64,000 nucleotides of DNA. Origin: an uncultured delta proteobacterium (GTDB lineage: Bacteria; Desulfobacterota; Desulfuromonadia; Geobacterales; DSM-12255). Location: positions 1 through 64,000 of the forward strand of contig CAWBBV010000011.1 in assembly GCA_963787125.1 (NCBI GenBank), read 5' to 3'. Numbering within the stretch: position 1 is the stretch's first letter; every line of letters begins with the position of its first letter. Below, in pieces: positions 27,896 to 36,919 of this stretch. The position numbers and the translations under genes are program-made. The notes beneath the pieces were generated by a model that saw only the letters and a program-made list of their open reading frames with translations, searched no databases and was not told the origin of the DNA.

Positions 27896-28672
27896 TTATC
27901 TGCCGATAGCCAGATACCACTGAATGATCTGCCTGCCGTAAAATATGTAAAGCACTGCGCCAAAAGCCAGAAAAGGGCCGAAGGGGATGGCCAGCTTACC
28001 ATCCTTTTTCTGGATAAGCATGGCGGCAATCCCGATAACTGAACCGACGACTGACGCCGAAAATATTATAAAGAGAATCGAACGCCAGCCAAGAAACGCC
28101 CCCATCATGGCCAGAAGCTTGATGTCGCCCCCCCCCATCCCTTCCTTGCCGGTCAGCTTTTCATAACCAAAAGCGACAAGGAACAGCGAACCACCACCGC
28201 AAAGGATCCCGAGAAGAGAGCTCTGCCAGCCGCCCCAGGGGAGAAAGAGCGCAAAGATAAAGCCGATAACAATGCCGGGCAAAGAGATTTCGTCAGGAAT
28301 TATCTGGTGATCCAGGTCGATAAAGGTTATGACAACCAGGCTTGAGCAGAAAATGAACAGGGCAAGAAAGGCGAGTGTCGGCCCGAATTTCATAAAAAGG
28401 CAGAGGGTTAAAACCCCGTTCAGCGCCTCCACCAGCGGATACCGCCACGAGATCGGAACCTTGCAGGAGCGGCATTTAGCCCGGAGGAGCAGAAAACTGA
28501 TGATAGGGATATTGTCAAACCAGCGAATCTGATAACCGCATTTCGGGCAGGCAGATGGCGGAAAGACAATCGACTTGTCCTCCGGCAGCCGGCAGATGCA
28601 GACATTCAGAAAGGAGCCGACAACAGCGCCAAAGACGAAGGCGAATATGTAGAAGATGATTGGCAAGGGCAT
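27896..28672 (-). CDS. pilD: Prepilin peptidase/N-methyltransferase
   Basis: GSFLNVCICRLP, CPKC..CRSC, GMGGGDIKLLAM and IPFGPFL motifs. Confidence 0.96.
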   Translation of the reverse strand: MPLPIIFYIFAFVFGAVVGSFLNVCICRLPEDKSIVFPPSACPKCGYQIRWFDNIPIISFLLLRAKCRSCKVPISWRYPLVEALNGVLTLCLFMKFGPTLAFLALFIFCSSLVVITFIDLDHQIIPDEISLPGIVIGFIFALFLPWGGWQSSLLGILCGGGSLFLVAFGYEKLTGKEGMGGGDIKLLAMMGAFLGWRSILFIIFSASVVGSVIGIAAMLIQKKDGKLAIPFGPFLAFGAVLYIFYGRQIIQWYLAIGR

Positions 28673-28681
28673 TATTTAACC

Positions 28682-31369
28682 TTATAGCGTCCTTATTTTC
28701 TCCAGACTCCCCACAAGCAGAGCCTTTTTGGCAGCGGCCTCAGTCAGTTTCTCCCGCTCTTTGGCAACAACATCCGCCGGTGCGCGATCCACAAAAGAAG
28801 GGTTCTCCAGTTTTTTGGAAAACATCTCAATCTCTTTTTCGATCTTGCCGATTTCCTTGTTAAGCCGCTCTGCTTCTGCTACTACATCGACCATCCCTTT
28901 CAGCGGCACAAAAATCTGCAGATCACCGGCAACCTGCAGTGATGCGTCTTCAGGCTTCTCGATATTGATCCCGATGGCAAGATCACCGACCCGGGCAAGT
29001 CCGATGATGGAGTTTTCGTTATGCTTCATCAGAATACGGCTCTCCTCGCAAGCACAGGAGAGGATGACAGCGATCTCTTTTGACGGCGGCACTTCCATCT
29101 CGCCGCGGACGTTGCGGATGCCGCTGATAACCGCCATGACCTTTTCCATGTCAGCAGCAGCTTCCGGGAAAGAGCGCTGCGCACAAACTTCCGGGTATTC
29201 CGCCAGCATGATGGTTTCTGCCTGTACAGTTCCCAGTTCACAGTTCCCGCTTTTCTGGTTCCCGGGCAGCGCCTGCCAGATCTCCTCGGTGATGAACGGC
29301 ATGAACGGATGCAGCAGCCGCAGCAGATGATCCAGCGTATACCAGAGAACATACTGCGCCGTCTTCTTCCGCTCCGGATCGCTGCCGTAGAGGTCGCGCT
29401 TGGAGAGTTCCAGATACCAGTCGCAGAACTCGCTCCAGGTAAACTGGTAAAGCCCCATGGCCGCCTCATTGAAGCGATATTCGGCCAGAGTCTGATTAGT
29501 CTCTCTGATTGCTTCGTTAAGGCGATGGAGAATCCACTTGTCAGTCTGGGAGAGATTCAAACCCTCAAGCGTCACTCCGGCAGGATCAAACCCTTCAAGG
29601 TTCATCAGGGTAAACCGGGCTGCGTTCCAGACTTTGTTGCAAAAGTTGCGGTAGCCGGCAATCCGCTCCTCCGCCAGCTTGATGTCGCGCCCCTGAGCAG
29701 CAAAGGCGGCCAGGGTGAAGCGGAAAGCGTCGGTGCCGTACTGGTCGATGACGGTCAGCGGATCGATGACGTTCCCCTTGGATTTACTCATCTTCTGCCC
29801 CTGGGCATCACGCACCAGAGCATGGATGTAGACATCCGTAAACGGGACTTCATCCATGAAGTGCAGCCCCATCATCATCATCCGGGCGACCCAGAAAAAA
29901 AGGATGTCAAAACCGGTCACCAGACAGGCAGTCGGGTAGAAGGTGGCAAGCTCGGGTGTCTTGTCCGGCCACCCCATGGTGGAGAATGGCCAAAGGGCCG
30001 AAGAGAACCAGGTGTCGAGGACGTCAGTCTCCTGGCGAAGCTCGTCGCTGCCGCACCCGGAGCATTTCGCCGGATCATCCATGGCAACAGTTATCTTGCC
30101 GCAGTGGTCGCAAAACCAGGCCGGGATCCGGTGCCCCCACCAGATCTGCCGGGAAATGCACCAATCGCGGATGTTCTCCATCCAGTCGTAATAGGTGTTT
30201 TCCCACTGTTTCGGAAGAATTTTAGTCCTGCCGCTTTTGACCGCATCAAGCGCCCGCTCTGCCAGCGGCGCAACCTTTACATACCACTGGAGGGAAAGGT
30301 ACGGCTCCACCACCGTTTTGCAGCGGTAGCAGCCACCAACGGACATGCCGTGGTCATCGATCTTTTCCAAGAGGCCGGCTTCTTCCAGTTCAACAACAAT
30401 CCGCTTACGCGCCTCAAACCTGTCAAGCCCCTCGTACTGTCGTCCCGCAGCATTTACAATGCCGGACTCATCAAAAATATTGATCCGGTCAAGGCCGTGA
30501 CGGACGCCGACTTCGAAGTCATTGAAGTCATGGGCCGGAGTTATCTTGACAACTCCGGTGCCAAATTCACGCTCGACATAATCGTCAGCAACCACCGGAA
30601 TCTCCCGGCCTACCAGCGGCAGGAGAACCTTACGACCGATCAACTCCTGGTAACGCTCGTCCTCAGGGTGAACGGCCACGGCACTGTCACCAAGCATCGT
30701 CTCCGGACGGGTGGTGGCAACCACAACGAACCGCCCCGGCTCGCCGACAACCGGGTAGCGGATATGCCAGAGATGGCCCTGCTTCTCTTCATGCTCGACT
30801 TCAATATCCGAGAGCGCAGTATGACAGCGGGGACACCAGTTGATCAGGCGGTTGTCACGGTAGATCAGGCCGTCTTCGTACAGCTTGACAAAGACAGTGC
30901 GCACCGCTTTTGACAGCCCCTCGTCCATGGTGAAGCGCTCCCGCCCCCAGTCGCAGGAAGCGCCCAGTCTTTTCAGCTGGCCGATAATCTGCCCGCCTGA
31001 TTCGGCCTTCCACTTCCAGACCCGCTCGATGAACGCCTCGCGGCCAAGATCGTGGCGGTCCTTGTTTTCAGCGGCCAGCTGCCGCTCGACAACGTTCTGG
31101 GTGGCAATGCCGGCATGGTCCGTACCCGGCATCCAGAGGACGTTATACCCCTGCATCCGCTTCCAGCGGCAGAGAATATCCTGGAGCGTATTGTTCAGGG
31201 CATGCCCCATATGGAGGGCACCGGTGACATTCGGCGGCGGGATGACTATGGAATAAGGTTTCTTGTCAGACGTTGCGGCGGCAGAGAAATACCCTTTCTC
31301 CAGCCACTCGGCATACCATCTCTTCTCAACATCATGGGGTTCGTACCCCTTGGCCAGCTCTTTTGACAT
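28682..31369 (-). CDS. valS: Valine--tRNA ligase
   Basis: PPPNVTGALHMGH, DWCISRQIWWGH, KMSKS and C-terminal coiled coil. Confidence 0.98.
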   Translation of the reverse strand: MSKELAKGYEPHDVEKRWYAEWLEKGYFSAAATSDKKPYSIVIPPPNVTGALHMGHALNNTLQDILCRWKRMQGYNVLWMPGTDHAGIATQNVVERQLAAENKDRHDLGREAFIERVWKWKAESGGQIIGQLKRLGASCDWGRERFTMDEGLSKAVRTVFVKLYEDGLIYRDNRLINWCPRCHTALSDIEVEHEEKQGHLWHIRYPVVGEPGRFVVVATTRPETMLGDSAVAVHPEDERYQELIGRKVLLPLVGREIPVVADDYVEREFGTGVVKITPAHDFNDFEVGVRHGLDRINIFDESGIVNAAGRQYEGLDRFEARKRIVVELEEAGLLEKIDDHGMSVGGCYRCKTVVEPYLSLQWYVKVAPLAERALDAVKSGRTKILPKQWENTYYDWMENIRDWCISRQIWWGHRIPAWFCDHCGKITVAMDDPAKCSGCGSDELRQETDVLDTWFSSALWPFSTMGWPDKTPELATFYPTACLVTGFDILFFWVARMMMMGLHFMDEVPFTDVYIHALVRDAQGQKMSKSKGNVIDPLTVIDQYGTDAFRFTLAAFAAQGRDIKLAEERIAGYRNFCNKVWNAARFTLMNLEGFDPAGVTLEGLNLSQTDKWILHRLNEAIRETNQTLAEYRFNEAAMGLYQFTWSEFCDWYLELSKRDLYGSDPERKKTAQYVLWYTLDHLLRLLHPFMPFITEEIWQALPGNQKSGNCELGTVQAETIMLAEYPEVCAQRSFPEAAADMEKVMAVISGIRNVRGEMEVPPSKEIAVILSCACEESRILMKHNENSIIGLARVGDLAIGINIEKPEDASLQVAGDLQIFVPLKGMVDVVAEAERLNKEIGKIEKEIEMFSKKLENPSFVDRAPADVVAKEREKLTEAAAKKALLVGSLEKIRTL

Positions 31370-31437
31370 AAACAGATCCTTCTGAAAAATTTAACGTCTT
31401 AACGGCAGTTGGCTGCCAACTATTTTTTTAGCCAAAC

Positions 31438-31466
31438 AGAAAATGGGGACTCATCATCCCCATTCT
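31438..31466 (-). terminator. Probable intrinsic terminator between the RomR-like gene and valS
   Basis: Hairpin aatgggga..tccccatt followed by a T-rich tract on the minus strand. Confidence 0.45.
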
Positions 31467-31490
31467 CCAAACATATTTCACTGTAAAGAC

Positions 31491-32822
31491 CTAGGCGATC
31501 CCGGCTTTGAGCTTCCTTATCTCTTCCTTGATGATCGTCTCGGCAAGATCAGGCACGACCTCCCAGACAATCCGCTCGATCACGTCGCGGGAGAGAGAAG
31601 CAAGCAACTCCTTCACCTGTGCCTCGTCAAATGTGGCGATTGCGGCGGCAGCGGCGGCAACAGGTGTTTGCGGAGCCACTGGAGGGACTGCTTCAACAAC
31701 CGGCGGCAGTGGTGGCGGCTCAGGCGCAGCAAACACAGGCTCAGGCATTGCAAATACCGGCGCCGGCGGCTCAGGAATCGGCGCTGCTGCCTGCACAATC
31801 GGCACAACAGGAGGCGCAGTTTCAACAACCGGCGGCAGCGGCGGTGGCAGCGGCGCGACAGGAGCAGCTACCGGTTCATCATCAAAAGATATCGTGGAGA
31901 AATCCTCTTCTGCGGGGATGGAGGCATTCTCAATTTCCATAATTGGAGTCGGAGCCGGAGCAGGAGTCGGGGCAGGTTCAAAATCAGCAAAGAATATCTC
32001 CTGCTCGCCGACAGGGACAAAACTTGCAACAGCAGCTGTTGCCGCTTGTGCCAGCGGCTCATCAACTATTTCCTCAAGAACAAACTCATCCTCGACGGGA
32101 GGGGCAACCTGCACTTTAACTTCAGATTCAAAGGAGAAGAAGTCGTCATCCGCAGAAACGGCAGCAGGAGCTGTCACCTGAGTTGCCTGAGGAGACAAAT
32201 CAACGCTATCCATATCAAATGCACCCCAGAGATCATCATCTGTGGTTACTTTCACCGCAGTAACACTCGCCACAGCAGCCATGGCAGGCTCGGCAAAAAT
32301 AGCAGTCTCCGGCTCGATCTCAGAGGCAGGCTCCATGTCGAACCCTGTCGCCCAGACATCATCCAGTGACGGTGACGGCGCTGCCGGAACAGCAACCGGA
32401 GCCGGCCCGGGCGCTGCCTGCGAAACTGCGGGGGCGACGGCACGCTGGCTGGTAAGGGCGATCATTCTGTTGGTTGCATCAATAAGCGCCTGGGATTCAA
32501 AAGGCTTGGTAATAAACTCATCAGCCCCGCTCTGGCGATTTTTTTCCTCGTCAACAATTTCAAAAGCACCCGTCATCAAGAGGATGGCAATATGACGCAA
32601 AGCCGGGTTCTGCCTGATCTCGCGACAGACTTCATAACCGTTTTTACCCGGCATCAGGGCATCGACCAGCATCACGTCAGGTTTTGTCTCATTTGCCTTC
32701 AGGAGAGCATCATCGCCTGTAGCAACCGTGGTGAGATCATAGCCTTCGTTTGCAAAAATTATCCCTACCACCTTTTGAATGGTAACACTGTCATCGGCGA
32801 GGAGTACTTTGCTGCCCATCAT
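31491..32822 (-). CDS. RomR-like response regulator (REC, Pro/acidic linker, conserved C-terminal helix)
   Basis: N-terminal REC, Pro/Ala/Glu-rich middle, C-terminal 'SRDVIERIVWEVVPDLAETIIKEEIRKL' resembling the myxobacterial RomR C-terminus. Confidence 0.75.
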   Translation of the reverse strand: MMGSKVLLADDSVTIQKVVGIIFANEGYDLTTVATGDDALLKANETKPDVMLVDALMPGKNGYEVCREIRQNPALRHIAILLMTGAFEIVDEEKNRQSGADEFITKPFESQALIDATNRMIALTSQRAVAPAVSQAAPGPAPVAVPAAPSPSLDDVWATGFDMEPASEIEPETAIFAEPAMAAVASVTAVKVTTDDDLWGAFDMDSVDLSPQATQVTAPAAVSADDDFFSFESEVKVQVAPPVEDEFVLEEIVDEPLAQAATAAVASFVPVGEQEIFFADFEPAPTPAPAPTPIMEIENASIPAEEDFSTISFDDEPVAAPVAPLPPPLPPVVETAPPVVPIVQAAAPIPEPPAPVFAMPEPVFAAPEPPPLPPVVEAVPPVAPQTPVAAAAAAIATFDEAQVKELLASLSRDVIERIVWEVVPDLAETIIKEEIRKLKAGIA

Positions 32823-32937
32823 GCCCTCCGTTAGGGGTTTCCATAGTCCGCTACAAATGCGAAAAAACTAGCATAAAGGCATATGGGTGTCAATGAATTG
32901 CATACGAGAAACATAGTCAGCCGTCAAGTGTCAGGGA

Positions 32938-34392
32938 TCAGCATAAAAACAGTTTCTCCCGACTCCTGCATTTAATGGACGATTTCCGCCGTAAAGCGGT
33001 AAAGCCTCCCCCCTTCCAGCCGTCCGGGGGGAGTCCGGCCTTCAAGGCAAGCTGCCGCAGGTAAGTATCAAGATCCCACTTCTCCTCCAGCGGCACCTGG
33101 GGCAGAAAGACGCTGCTGCGACCGCCCGCCTCAAGATAGAGTCCGTGAGCCCCGACCGTTATCTCGCTGATAGCGGCCACCGGTTCCAGTGGTGAAAGAA
33201 CCGTCACTTCCAGGCTCAGGCCCGCCAGCTCGTCAGGGCGTACCGGCGGGAAACGGGGATCTTTACTTGCTGCGGCAACAGCATTCTGGCTGATGGATCG
33301 ATGCAGCGCGGTATACGCCTGAATACTGCCGATACAGCCACGCAGGCGACCGTTCTTCTCCTTCAGGGTCACAAACACGGCGCCGTCAGCCTTCATGCGG
33401 CGCTCACTGCCGCTCCAGGCAGGAAGTGGCTTCCCGGTCACCTGCGCCTGCACTGTCTCTTTGGCAAGAGTCAGAATGTCAGCACGCAGCGACGCTGAGA
33501 GCTCTTTTTTGTAGAAGCCAAGGGCACCATAACCGACAACCTTTTGCCGGTCGCCCGAAACATCACCGGAATCCGCATAATTGTATAGCTGCGCCTCTGT
33601 GGCACCGGCGCCTCTAGCCGCAGCCATTCCATAGAGAACCGGCCCGGCGCCGCACGCCTCACCCTCGCCGCTGGAGACGAGCCGCTCCAGATCTCCCCCT
33701 GCAAGGCGCTCAATCGCACTGAGGACTTTTCTATCCATGCCCGAGGCAGTGGCACTATCGTGATAATGGGAAAGGTCGGTGCTGATTACGACGATAGCAG
33801 CATCATCATTTTTAAGGACCGTTGCCAGGCTGTCGCCAAGGTACTGGTAAGACTCTTTGGTCATCCGCCCGATCAGAATCGGCACAACGCTGAAGTCCTC
33901 CAGGCTTTTCTGCAAAAACGGCAACTGCACTTCCAGCGAGTGTTCCCGCTCGAACGGCTCTGCCGCAAGCTTCACCCCCATCTTTTCGTCAGCAAGCCTG
34001 CGTGCCAGGGCTTCGTCCACCCTGACAACCCCGAGCGGCGTTTTCATTCCGGCGCCGGGGTAGAGAACGGCCCCGGTTATCGCCGCAAAATGAGTCGGTC
34101 CGAGCAGAATGACCTTGCGAATATTCCTCCCCTTCAGCTTTGCATATGAATAGCCGGCAACCCCGCCTGAATAGATATACCCAGCATGAGGGACCACAAT
34201 CGCCAGGAGCCGCCCGGCGTCAGGGGCATCACCCGGTTTTGCCAGGTATTGGTCCAGATCGGCGGCAAGCTTTTTACTGTCAGCCGGATAGAAACTGCCG
34301 GCAACAGCCGGTTCCTTGACAGCTGCGCTGCATGCGCACGGGAAGAGCACCATCAACAGCATACTTTTAAAAATAAATTTAAGTCTGCTCAT
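32938..34392 (-). CDS. AmmeMemoRadiSam system protein B (MEMO-like) fused to protein A (AMMECR1-like); probable C-terminal frameshift
   Basis: PAVAGSFYP, PHAGYIYSG, EHSLEVQLPFLQ, STDLSHYH, then LRGCIG, DPRFPPV and VFLPQV. Confidence 0.9.
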   Translation of the reverse strand: MSRLKFIFKSMLLMVLFPCACSAAVKEPAVAGSFYPADSKKLAADLDQYLAKPGDAPDAGRLLAIVVPHAGYIYSGGVAGYSYAKLKGRNIRKVILLGPTHFAAITGAVLYPGAGMKTPLGVVRVDEALARRLADEKMGVKLAAEPFEREHSLEVQLPFLQKSLEDFSVVPILIGRMTKESYQYLGDSLATVLKNDDAAIVVISTDLSHYHDSATASGMDRKVLSAIERLAGGDLERLVSSGEGEACGAGPVLYGMAAARGAGATEAQLYNYADSGDVSGDRQKVVGYGALGFYKKELSASLRADILTLAKETVQAQVTGKPLPAWSGSERRMKADGAVFVTLKEKNGRLRGCIGSIQAYTALHRSISQNAVAAASKDPRFPPVRPDELAGLSLEVTVLSPLEPVAAISEITVGAHGLYLEAGGRSSVFLPQVPLEEKWDLDTYLRQLALKAGLPPDGWKGGGFTALRRKSSIKCRSREKLFLC

Positions 34393-34436
34393 ATTTTCAG
34401 TCCTCCGTTGACTAAATCCACTACAGACATAGCAGG

Positions 34437-34784
34437 CTACCCCCCGGCAGCCTTCGCCTTGTAACCTCTGGCCGCAAGCTCCGTTAACAGGAGTTCCCGG
34501 TGATCCCCCTGGATCTCGATAATGCCGTCCTTCACCGTCCCGCCGGTGCCGCAGCGGCGCTTCAGCTCGCCGGCAAGAGCCTTGATGGCGTCCTCGCCGC
34601 CGGAAACGCCAACAATGACCGAAACCGTTTTCCCGCCCCGCCCCTTACTCTCCCGCCGGATCCGGACGATGCCATCACCGGCTGGTGAAACAGCTTTTTT
34701 GCAGATGCAGGCAAGATGGGGGCGCTCACACTTCGGGCAGATCCTGCCTGTGCCTGATGAATATACCAATCGTGAATTTTTCAT
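34437..34784 (-). CDS. yciH: SUI1/eIF1-like translation factor
   Basis: 'RRESKGRGGKTVSVI..LKRRCGTGGTVKDGIIEIQGDHR'. Confidence 0.92.
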   Translation of the reverse strand: MKNSRLVYSSGTGRICPKCERPHLACICKKAVSPAGDGIVRIRRESKGRGGKTVSVIVGVSGGEDAIKALAGELKRRCGTGGTVKDGIIEIQGDHRELLLTELAARGYKAKAAGG

Positions 34785-34790
34785 GCGCAG

Positions 34791-35957
34791 TTACTCCTCA
34801 AGCTCAATCAAAGAAACCGGTTTCCCGAATGCTTCCACTGCCAGAGTTGACAGCTCGCTCCGCAGCTGGCTGAAATCGGCTTTTTTCCTGAATTCCAGCC
34901 TGGTGGTCAGGAGAATGACAAAAAGATCGGCGTCTGTATCAATCCAGACGGAGGCGCCTGAGTAACCGGTATGGCCAAAAGAACTACGGGAGAAAAACCC
35001 GCCCCTGGGAGCCGAATAGGGGGAGGAGATATCCCAGCCAAGCCCCCTGGCAACCTTGCCGCCACGGGAAAAGTAAGGCGCCGTCATCTGGTTGACCGTC
35101 CGCTCGGCCATGATCTCTTTGCCGGAGGATTTGCCCACGGAGAGCATCATCCGGCAGAAAATAGCCAGATCTTTGGCGGTGCTGAAAAGCCCGGCATGAC
35201 CGGCCACACCACCGAGCTGGCGGGCCAGATAATCCTGTGGGTCGCCGATAAACTGCAACGTCAGGTCACCAACAGTGGCTGCCGCTCGCGACCGCTTCTC
35301 CAGAGAGGGGAGAAAGCCGGTATCAGTCATCCCCATCGGCTTGTAAAAGCTTCTGGCATCGTAATCGTTGAGCGCCTCACCACTGACACGGCGGACCATC
35401 TCACCCAGCAGGATGAAATTTATATCGGCATAATGGAAACGATTGCCGATCTCCCCAGTCAAATGTTGCGCCGCCGCCCCCTCCACCGCACTCTGCAGCG
35501 GCCTGTCCGGAGCCAGCGAAAAGTCGTTGAGAGCCGAGGTATGGGTCAACAGGTGCATAACGAGTAGCTCGTCCTTCCCCTTCCCCTCAAATTCGGGGAA
35601 CCACTTTTTTACCGGATCGATCAGGGACAGCTTCCCCCCTTCGGCAAGCTTGAGCACGGCAGGAGTGGTGGCAATAACCTTGGTCAGGGAGGCAAGATCG
35701 AAGATCGTATCAACCGTCATCAGCCGGGCATCGACAGAGGGCGAAACCCGGCCATACGCTTTCGCAAACAGGGTCTTGTCACGGCTGCCGATCAGGACAA
35801 CTCCGCCGGAGATAAGAGCTTTTTGAATGGAACTTTCCATGAGCAGGTCGATACGATACTCCGGAAGGAGGCTTTGCAGCGGGATAACAGTCGGCTCGAC
35901 AGCATGGGCGATTGTTGGCAGGAGGGCCAAAAGGAGGAGAATTGTAAGTTTAAACAC
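34791..35957 (-). CDS. Exported serine hydrolase (beta-lactamase class C-like family)
   Basis: FDLASLTK (SxxK), LLTHTS, GHAGLFST, GHTGYSG. Confidence 0.9.
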   Translation of the reverse strand: MFKLTILLLLALLPTIAHAVEPTVIPLQSLLPEYRIDLLMESSIQKALISGGVVLIGSRDKTLFAKAYGRVSPSVDARLMTVDTIFDLASLTKVIATTPAVLKLAEGGKLSLIDPVKKWFPEFEGKGKDELLVMHLLTHTSALNDFSLAPDRPLQSAVEGAAAQHLTGEIGNRFHYADINFILLGEMVRRVSGEALNDYDARSFYKPMGMTDTGFLPSLEKRSRAAATVGDLTLQFIGDPQDYLARQLGGVAGHAGLFSTAKDLAIFCRMMLSVGKSSGKEIMAERTVNQMTAPYFSRGGKVARGLGWDISSPYSAPRGGFFSRSSFGHTGYSGASVWIDTDADLFVILLTTRLEFRKKADFSQLRSELSTLAVEAFGKPVSLIELEE

Positions 35958-35980
35958 TATTTGCGCACCGCTATAACTAT

Positions 35981-36250
35981 TCAGCTAACATATTTGAGTG
36001 GAAACCGTTCAGGGTGGTCAAGCGCTTCGAGCTCAATATCTTCATCAAGCGACTCCCACCTGAGTTGCCCTGGAGCGATCTCTTCCATACTGTAGATCTC
36101 TGTCACTGTGGCTTTTTTGAAGCCGGGGTACTTTTCAAACGGTATAAAATATTCAGTGTCATTGGTGATAATCCATAGTCCATCTCTGCCAATCGCCGTT
36201 ACTTCACTTGGATAGATGTTTTTTCCACGCGATCCTGAAATCATGGGCAT
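35981..36250 (-). CDS. DUF2442-like protein (putative antitoxin)
   Basis: 'EYFIPFEKYPGFKKAT..LRWESLDEDIELEAL'; overlaps the upstream DUF4160-like gene. Confidence 0.75.
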   Translation of the reverse strand: MPMISGSRGKNIYPSEVTAIGRDGLWIITNDTEYFIPFEKYPGFKKATVTEIYSMEEIAPGQLRWESLDEDIELEALDHPERFPLKYVS

Positions 36251-36443
36251 TCTCCTCTACAAGTGTTGCGAGTTCACGTAAGGTTCTCTTGTCCAGCCTG
36301 TAAGAATCAGCATAGCCGACTATCGGCTCAAGCCAGAATTTTGCGGTTCCTTCCGGGGTCTCAATATGAATATGCATCCGGCTCTCTTCATTACTGTTGA
36401 AGAAAAATCTGTATTTTGAGATCCGCATAACCGTTGGCGACAT
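36204..36443 (-). CDS. DUF4160-like protein (putative toxin)
   Basis: 'PTVMRISKYRFFFNSNEESRMHIHI..AKFWLEP..AWKKH'. Confidence 0.78.
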   Translation of the reverse strand: MSPTVMRISKYRFFFNSNEESRMHIHIETPEGTAKFWLEPIVGYADSYRLDKRTLRELATLVEENAHDFRIAWKKHLSK

Positions 36444-36478
36444 TCAACCTCCCCCGAATCATAAAAGTTCAACAGAGT

Positions 36479-36874
36479 TTAGTTCATCCTGAACTTGACG
36501 GTTTTCAGCAGTGTCCCGTTCTCATCAACGACCTCAACCCGCCAGTCACCTGACCACCCCTTCTGAATGGTCTTTTTACTGTAGGTTCGCCATTTCTCCC
36601 CCTTCACCGGGAGTTTATACTCGGCGACCTTCTCATCACCCTTATACCAGAGGTGCTTGACGTTACCTTCAAACCCTGCCGGCGCAATCATGCGGGTAAA
36701 ACAGTACAGGTTTTTTTCAGTGCCCGAGGAGAGCCGTTTGATTGAATCAAGCGGCTTCCCCTTGACGATTTTGGAAGTTATGACAATCTCGGTAATTTTT
36801 ATATCACCGGACTCGGCAAAAACAGGCATTGCTGTGAAAAGAAACATTAGTAGAACTGCGGTAAAAGCTCTCAT
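36479..36874 (-). CDS. DUF2914-like exported protein
   Basis: Signal peptide; 'LYCFTR..HLWY..WRTYSKK..GDWRVEVVDENG'. Confidence 0.75.
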   Translation of the reverse strand: MRAFTAVLLMFLFTAMPVFAESGDIKITEIVITSKIVKGKPLDSIKRLSSGTEKNLYCFTRMIAPAGFEGNVKHLWYKGDEKVAEYKLPVKGEKWRTYSKKTIQKGWSGDWRVEVVDENGTLLKTVKFRMN

Positions 36875-36919
36875 TTATTTTCCCTCTAAGGGTTGCTGAA
36901 TTTGATAATTTCAAGCTTT

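Noticed and set aside
29309..30913. 534-aa plus-strand ORF and similar long ORFs opposite secA, ptsP, htpG, the TPR gene and the kinases
   Set aside because: Antisense shadows of well-recognised GC-rich genes, with no motifs of their own.
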